A stretch of 32,000 nt of DNA from Aliivibrio fischeri ES114 (GTDB lineage: Bacteria > Pseudomonadota > Gammaproteobacteria > Enterobacterales > Vibrionaceae): the NCBI RefSeq assembly GCF_000011805.1, contig NC_006841.2; one strand, given 5' to 3'. Below are positions 26,865 to 32,000 of the stretch, piece after piece. Under the pieces are notes generated by a model. It searched no databases, had not been told where the DNA came from, and saw only the letters and a program-made list of their open reading frames with translations. The position numbers were made by a program, and so were the translations under genes. Every line of letters begins with the position of its first letter. Within the stretch, counting starts at the first letter, position 1.

Positions 26865-28994
26865 CTAGGATTTACAGTGTAAATTGCACAATAAGATTCT
26901 AATTGCTGAGCGCATTTCAGTTTCGGCTTCTCCTCTTCCTGAAACCTTTGAAAGAGAAATGCTAGTTTTCCAATCTTGTAATTGAAGAATCTTAGATACC
27001 ACTAATACTTGGTGCGTTGCATTTAGAGTTAACAGAAGTGATATAGACGACAATAAAAAATGTCTGAGTTCATACTGAATCATCTCAACGCCTAACCCAC
27101 CGTTAGAATACATTTCAATTCTTTTAATCATTACATCGGCTAACGGCTGTTTCGTATCGATCCCTTTTAATAAACTTAATACTTCAGAAACATCAAGTTC
27201 ATTAAAAACACTTAGTAATTGCTCAGGTAAAGCCATAGCAAAATAATCTTTACCAAGAGGTAGCCATTCGATAGCATTTTTGGATAAAGGCAATACTGCC
27301 AGTAACGAGTGGCTTCCGCTCGCTTTATCCTTAGAAATACCTAATCGCATAAAACTAAAATCTAAGCTCAACCAAAATTCATTCAATCCAGGAGTGGAAC
27401 CAAAACTCGTGCTTAAGTAATCAATACCCAAATCACAATAGAACGCTTTAATATACTCAATGAATTTAGAACCAAGATGCATACGTTGATAATGTTGCTC
27501 AACCGCAATTCTCATAATACGAATACAAGATTGTTGAGCGGGTTCGTTAATGCATAATGTTTGTGTTAACGAGACAGGAACTAAATGTCCTCTAGGTCTT
27601 CTTTTGCCAACTTGAATATCAGCAATAAGCTCGTTATCTAACTGACCTTCCAAAGAAACTAATGCGCATGTAAGTACATTTCTAGACGACTTATCTATAC
27701 CAGCCCAACAAAAAAGACTGGGATCAGATAATAGAGCCAACCAATCATTAGGTGATGTTTGATAGTGAGCTGACACTAATAACGAAAAAATAGATTGTGC
27801 TAATTCTGGATCCGTTAATAAATCACTTACATTCAAGCGAACAAATTCGACATCCTCTCGGCTAATATCCAGTTGCTTATTACTCGACACTTTGTGATCT
27901 AATAAAAAAACAGAAGATAACCAATTTTCTAATGGATCGAGTTCAGACCAGCGAATAGGTTGTATCATTTCCACAGAATGAAAGTTTGGGCGTAGCAGAG
28001 CAAGTTGCTTTTTGAACTTTATTTCGAATCCTCTACCAGTCCCTTCATAACCATTAATTGTGGTAGAAAAAACCAGACGAGAATAACGCTCAGTTAATGC
28101 CAATAACATCGGTGCAGGAATAGCTGCCGCTTCATCGATACATAACAAATCTAATGAATAAGAATCACGTATTAATTCATCCGGAGCAAAATACGTAACC
28201 GTTGAGCCATTTATAGTTAAGGTGTTTTTTTCTTGTTTAAATGGCATTCCTAATTTTTTTGCCACACTTGCAGCATGACCGAAAACTTCATTGATATTCA
28301 CGCGTAGTGGTGCCGTAATACCAATAACCAATTTTTTATCACGAACAAGCTCAGCGATAGCGATACCTATTGCTGAAGATTTTCCTCGTCCACGATCAGC
28401 GGTGATAATTAATGGTCTCTTAGCGTGGCCAGTAATCACTCTTTGTATACTTAACACGGCATGCTTTTGATCGATAGAACGATATAGTTCATCTAATTTA
28501 TCTGTCTGAGTAAAAGACGACGTTAACTTTTTTTCTGTTGGCACCTGCGGTAGTAACGGCAAAGGAGCATTTTCTGAAATAACGAGCATCTGCTTTTTAA
28601 AGTGTGTTAACCAACGTTCAATATTACGATGCAAAGATGAGTCTTCAGAGCGAATAAAAAAAACTAATCCCCCACCAACAAGTGTTCCACAAACTGCATT
28701 TATTGCATTCGCATTAAACTCATGAGAAATATCAATCACCAAACAATGTGTTTCTTGTCCTAACTTTTTCAGTGCAGTTTTCATTTCTAAGCTAGGTAAT
28801 TCACCAATAGAGAGGTTACCGTAAACCTCAATATCAGAATCTAGATATTCAGAATGAGCAATATACTCTTTAATGATTTCTTCGCTCCAACCGATAGAAC
28901 CTTCTAAAAGAATTGGATATCGAATAAAACCGCTCGCTGCATAAGCAGAAACTGTTTTCAAAAAAGATAAAACTTGAGGCATGGGAAGATCCAT
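26865..28994 (-). CDS. tmcA: tRNA(Met) cytidine acetyltransferase TmcA
   Basis: 709 aa; Walker-type PLIITADRGRGKSSAIGIA, CIDEAAAIPAPML, STTINGYEGTGRGFEIKF, GNAT part LVPVSLTQ...CIRIMRIAVEQHYQRMHLGSKFIEYI...YLSTSFGSTPGLNEFWLSLDF. Confidence 0.95.
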   Translation of the reverse strand: MDLPMPQVLSFLKTVSAYAASGFIRYPILLEGSIGWSEEIIKEYIAHSEYLDSDIEVYGNLSIGELPSLEMKTALKKLGQETHCLVIDISHEFNANAINAVCGTLVGGGLVFFIRSEDSSLHRNIERWLTHFKKQMLVISENAPLPLLPQVPTEKKLTSSFTQTDKLDELYRSIDQKHAVLSIQRVITGHAKRPLIITADRGRGKSSAIGIAIAELVRDKKLVIGITAPLRVNINEVFGHAASVAKKLGMPFKQEKNTLTINGSTVTYFAPDELIRDSYSLDLLCIDEAAAIPAPMLLALTERYSRLVFSTTINGYEGTGRGFEIKFKKQLALLRPNFHSVEMIQPIRWSELDPLENWLSSVFLLDHKVSSNKQLDISREDVEFVRLNVSDLLTDPELAQSIFSLLVSAHYQTSPNDWLALLSDPSLFCWAGIDKSSRNVLTCALVSLEGQLDNELIADIQVGKRRPRGHLVPVSLTQTLCINEPAQQSCIRIMRIAVEQHYQRMHLGSKFIEYIKAFYCDLGIDYLSTSFGSTPGLNEFWLSLDFSFMRLGISKDKASGSHSLLAVLPLSKNAIEWLPLGKDYFAMALPEQLLSVFNELDVSEVLSLLKGIDTKQPLADVMIKRIEMYSNGGLGVEMIQYELRHFLLSSISLLLTLNATHQVLVVSKILQLQDWKTSISLSKVSGRGEAETEMRSAIRILLCNLHCKS
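26870..26884. promoter_or_regulatory. parS2: parS2-type centromere site, copy 3, embedded in the 3' end of tmcA
   Basis: ATTTACAGTGTAAAT; on the minus strand it encodes most of the TmcA C-terminal ...CNLHCKS-stop. Confidence 0.87.
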
Positions 28995-29132
28995 TTACGA
29001 GAGATAAAAACCTTTGAATTGTAGCATGAGATACAAAGTTTCCTTTAATTAAGAAAAGAAAGTATGACGAGAGTTTATTTGAAAAGGTATAATAACCACC
29101 TCATTTATGACTTCATCATTTAGGAAATAAAC

Positions 29133-29705
29133 ATGCATTTAAGTCAATTAACTCCAGCGGTTTACCAAAAGCTTTATCAAGATATCGAACAGTTCAGAAG
29201 TACCTTTGACTTAGCTGTTGATTCACCTGAATCACTAGATGAAAAAAATGATCTATTACATACATCTCTAGCTATTGAAGAGTTAACTGAACTTGCTGAA
29301 GCGGATAGTAAAATTGAACAAGCGGATGCTATTGTTGATACGGTTTATGTATTAATGGGAAGAGCTGTTCACCTTGGAACAAAGAATATAGAAGATAATC
29401 TAAGTATTTCGTACCTAGTAGATTTACTTCTAAACGTTGCTAAAAATCTGAATATTGAATTTATTCCATGTTGGGATGAAGTTCATTCAAGCAACATGAG
29501 CAAAGTATGTAAAACTGAAGATGAATACCAAGCAACAAAAGCCTTCTATGCAGAGCAAGGCATTGAACTAATGTCGACAGAAAAAGGCGGCTTTATTATC
29601 GCGAAATGCGCAAAAAATGTAGAACTAGAAAATAAAGTAATTAAACAGGGTAAAGTTCTTAAATCAGTAAATTACCGACCTGCTGATTTAGCACCACTGG
29701 TTTAA
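29133..29705 (+). CDS. MazG-like/nucleoside triphosphate pyrophosphohydrolase family protein
   Basis: 190 aa; AIEELTELAEADSKIEQADAIVDTVYVLMGRAVHLG resembles the EExxE...ExxD metal-binding pattern of all-alpha NTP pyrophosphohydrolases. Confidence 0.65.
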   Translation: MHLSQLTPAVYQKLYQDIEQFRSTFDLAVDSPESLDEKNDLLHTSLAIEELTELAEADSKIEQADAIVDTVYVLMGRAVHLGTKNIEDNLSISYLVDLLLNVAKNLNIEFIPCWDEVHSSNMSKVCKTEDEYQATKAFYAEQGIELMSTEKGGFIIAKCAKNVELENKVIKQGKVLKSVNYRPADLAPLV

Positions 29706-29720
29706 TGCTTTCTTAGATAA

Positions 29721-29759
29721 AAAAAGAGCCTGATTTAATGATTAAATCAGGCTCTTTTT
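29721..29759. terminator. Bidirectional intrinsic terminator between convergent MazG-like and parB2 genes
   Basis: AAAAAGAGCCTGATTTAAT (29721-29739) / ATTAAATCAGGCTCTTTTT (29741-29759), perfect complement. Confidence 0.9.
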
Positions 29760-29778
29760 ATTATTTAATAAATACTAG

Positions 29779-30753
29779 TTACGATACTTTTTGACTAATG
29801 TATTCAAGAATATCTTCCATCAAAGCATCATCAACTTTTTTCAAACTTAACGTTAAGCCAGAGCCTTTACGTTTATAAGAAGCACGCCCTTTTACTAATT
29901 CAGTCGTTAACGATTTTGCTGGTTCTTTTTTCGGTAATAGATCTTCAATCCATACTTCAATCAGCTCTGTTACTTCTTTAGTCATTCGACTAACACCAAG
30001 AGCCGTAGAACGCGTCCAGGCAGCTCCTTGTTCACCAGCACATTGCTTTAATAAGGTTTTCTGCTCTTCTTCTGAGAGGGCGTTATAGAGCTTATGAAGC
30101 TTAACTACAGTTGGACGACCTATTTCACTTACGCTTGGGTAAGCTTGTAGTAATTCCAATGGTAAAGTCGCTGCTTTTAGAGCTCCACTGACTAAAGCTT
30201 CACTGCATTGGCATACTTTTGCTAATTCTTTTTGATCGGCAACATCACCACGAGAAAGCATTGCCTGCATTTCTTTACCACGTTCATATAATGAAAGTGG
30301 TTTATGAGCATTGGCAACATCTGATAAGAATTTGGCATGTTTTGTATTAATACCTTCGGCAACATAGATTAAGAAATCTTGCTCAGCCAAAATACATGAC
30401 ATACGACGACGGCTACCATCAAGAACTTCAATCTTGCCGCCTTCAACTACACGACCAACAGCTGGATATTGCTGACCACGATCACGTAATGTAGATAAGA
30501 TATCTGATAGTGCATGCTCAGTTAAAAAAGACTGTTCACGAGCATTTTCAGCAAAGACTACCGTTGATGAACTCACATCTTTAGCAGGAATTTTACGTAA
30601 CTCAAACGTCACTAAATCTTCACCGGCAACAGCTAATTCAATAACTTGAGCTTGTGATTTAGCTGCTTTTTGTGCTTCGACAGGAGTTGTCGCACGGCGC
30701 TTATTAGTTTTACCAAATAATTTTGCGTTTAAGTCAGAAGTTTTAATCGCCAT
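29779..30753 (-). CDS. parB2: Chromosome II-type ParB partition protein (ParB2)
   Basis: 324 aa; VFAENAREQSFLTEHALSDILSTLRDRGQQYPAVGRVVEGGKIEVLDGSRRRMSCILAEQDFLIYVAE and HTH-like DVADQKELAKVCQCSEALVSGAL; 3 bp downstream of the parA2 stop. Confidence 0.92.
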   Translation of the reverse strand: MAIKTSDLNAKLFGKTNKRRATTPVEAQKAAKSQAQVIELAVAGEDLVTFELRKIPAKDVSSSTVVFAENAREQSFLTEHALSDILSTLRDRGQQYPAVGRVVEGGKIEVLDGSRRRMSCILAEQDFLIYVAEGINTKHAKFLSDVANAHKPLSLYERGKEMQAMLSRGDVADQKELAKVCQCSEALVSGALKAATLPLELLQAYPSVSEIGRPTVVKLHKLYNALSEEEQKTLLKQCAGEQGAAWTRSTALGVSRMTKEVTELIEVWIEDLLPKKEPAKSLTTELVKGRASYKRKGSGLTLSLKKVDDALMEDILEYISQKVS

Positions 30754-30756
30754 GAA

Positions 30757-31992
30757 TTAGTACTCCCCTTTATTTAATGAATTCCAGTGACTGTGTAATA
30801 CGCGTTCAAACTCTAATGCACTTTTCTTAACAGCATCTTGAGCTACAGCAAGTGTCTTCTTACCACCTTCAAAATCAGCGGCAGTTAAGTCAAATACGGT
30901 GCTGTATGTATCTGCACAAATCTCAAATGCTCGGCTTCTTGGGATGGTCGCCATCATAACTTGATCAGCCAATAAATAATTCATTTCCGTTAACACAGAA
31001 ACTTGTTTTTTATTGTCATCTTCAAACATAGTTGGCATTAAACGAACAAACTCTAAACCATGCCAGTCTTCAGGGAACATTTCATAAACTGTTGGTAGAT
31101 GTTGGAAAAAGTTAACCGTTGAAGCCCAGTCTAAACGTTTTGCAGCACATGGAATTAATAATGAATTCGATGCGTACATTGCATTCCAAACTAATGGGTC
31201 TACGTGAGGACCGGTATCTATCATAATGACATCAAACTGATCAGCAATTGGATCAATCACTTTTTCTTTCAATAATTTAACGATATCTAGAGAACCATTT
31301 GTTGATAAATCTTGCCATGCTTCAGCATTAAACATCGCATCTTCAGGGAAAGCTGAAATCGTTTTTAAATTTGGATATTGCGTGTTTAAAAGCACATTTT
31401 TAGCCATGAACTCGCCATCAATAACCTCACCTTCAGGTACATTATCTAACATAATATCTACAGCAGAATAGATAGTGTCTTGCTCTGACACACTGATCTG
31501 AGGGTTTAAAAATAGACGAAGTGAGCCTTGAGGGTCTAAATCGATTAGACAGATACGGTATCTTTTTTCCAGGTTTAACGCTAAACATGCAGCCAAATGT
31601 ACAGCTGTCATTGATTTACCAGTACCACCTTTTTGGTTCTGAACATTAACCACCCAAGGTTTATTGTTAGCATTTTTCTTCTGCTCATGAAATGTTGGAA
31701 CGCCTGCTGCGTCCATTAACATATGCGCTTCAGTCAAAGAAATTGAATAATGATTTGCATTATTTTTTGTAAATTGATGACCTTCAGATTCTAAACGAGT
31801 AATCGCTTCATCTAACTTACGTCTTGTTAAACCAGAACGAGTTTCCATCATTGCTTTCGACATTGGAGGGAAGTGTTCATTGTTTCTTTCTTCAAGTACT
31901 AACTCAATACGATCAGATTGAACTTGCTGAGTTTGTTCTGCCAATGCAGCTAAATTGGCAATGGTTTGTTCTCTATTCATTATATTCGCCAT
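30757..31992 (-). CDS. parA2: Chromosome II-type ParA partition ATPase (ParA2)
   Basis: 411 aa; N-terminal winged-helix-like extension, deviant Walker A VQNQKGGTGKSMTAVHLA, CLIDLDPQGSLRLFL, DVIMIDTGPHVDPL. Confidence 0.94.
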   Translation of the reverse strand: MANIMNREQTIANLAALAEQTQQVQSDRIELVLEERNNEHFPPMSKAMMETRSGLTRRKLDEAITRLESEGHQFTKNNANHYSISLTEAHMLMDAAGVPTFHEQKKNANNKPWVVNVQNQKGGTGKSMTAVHLAACLALNLEKRYRICLIDLDPQGSLRLFLNPQISVSEQDTIYSAVDIMLDNVPEGEVIDGEFMAKNVLLNTQYPNLKTISAFPEDAMFNAEAWQDLSTNGSLDIVKLLKEKVIDPIADQFDVIMIDTGPHVDPLVWNAMYASNSLLIPCAAKRLDWASTVNFFQHLPTVYEMFPEDWHGLEFVRLMPTMFEDDNKKQVSVLTEMNYLLADQVMMATIPRSRAFEICADTYSTVFDLTAADFEGGKKTLAVAQDAVKKSALEFERVLHSHWNSLNKGEY

Positions 31993-32000
31993 CAGTATTA

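Overview
The window is a Vibrionaceae-type locus, probably Aliivibrio/Vibrio chromosome II near its origin (inferred from ParA2/ParB2-type proteins plus parS2-type sites). From left to right it contains: a 5'-truncated RecQ-family helicase (+), an orphan FapA/DUF342 protein (+), a divergent punC/punR-like pair (MFS exporter and LysR regulator), pdxH (-), a giant 3933-aa LapA-type adhesin gene (-), a TolC-family outer membrane protein plus an OmpA/TSP3 lipoprotein (+), a compact operon (-) encoding LapC/HlyD-like, LapG-like protease, LapD-like degenerate GGDEF/EAL receptor and LapB-like type I secretion ATPase, then tmcA (-), a MazG-like protein (+), and parB2/parA2 (-). The adhesin has an N-terminal retention module with a PAAG LapG-type site, 7 cadherin-like repeats of about 113 aa, 15 Ig-like repeats of about 85 aa, further Ig/cadherin-like domains, an internal RTX-like segment, a vWA domain with a DSSGS MIDAS, and a C-terminal RTX/T1SS signal. 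The most distinctive non-coding signal is a cluster of three 15-bp ATTTACASTGTAAAT palindromes matching the parS2 consensus. It sits directly upstream of the lapC-G-D-B-like operon, and one copy lies inside the last codons of tmcA. The Lap system is a known type. I see no clearly unprecedented system, but the coupling of centromere sites to a biofilm operon, the adhesin's internal architecture and the added OmpA lipoprotein deserve follow-up.
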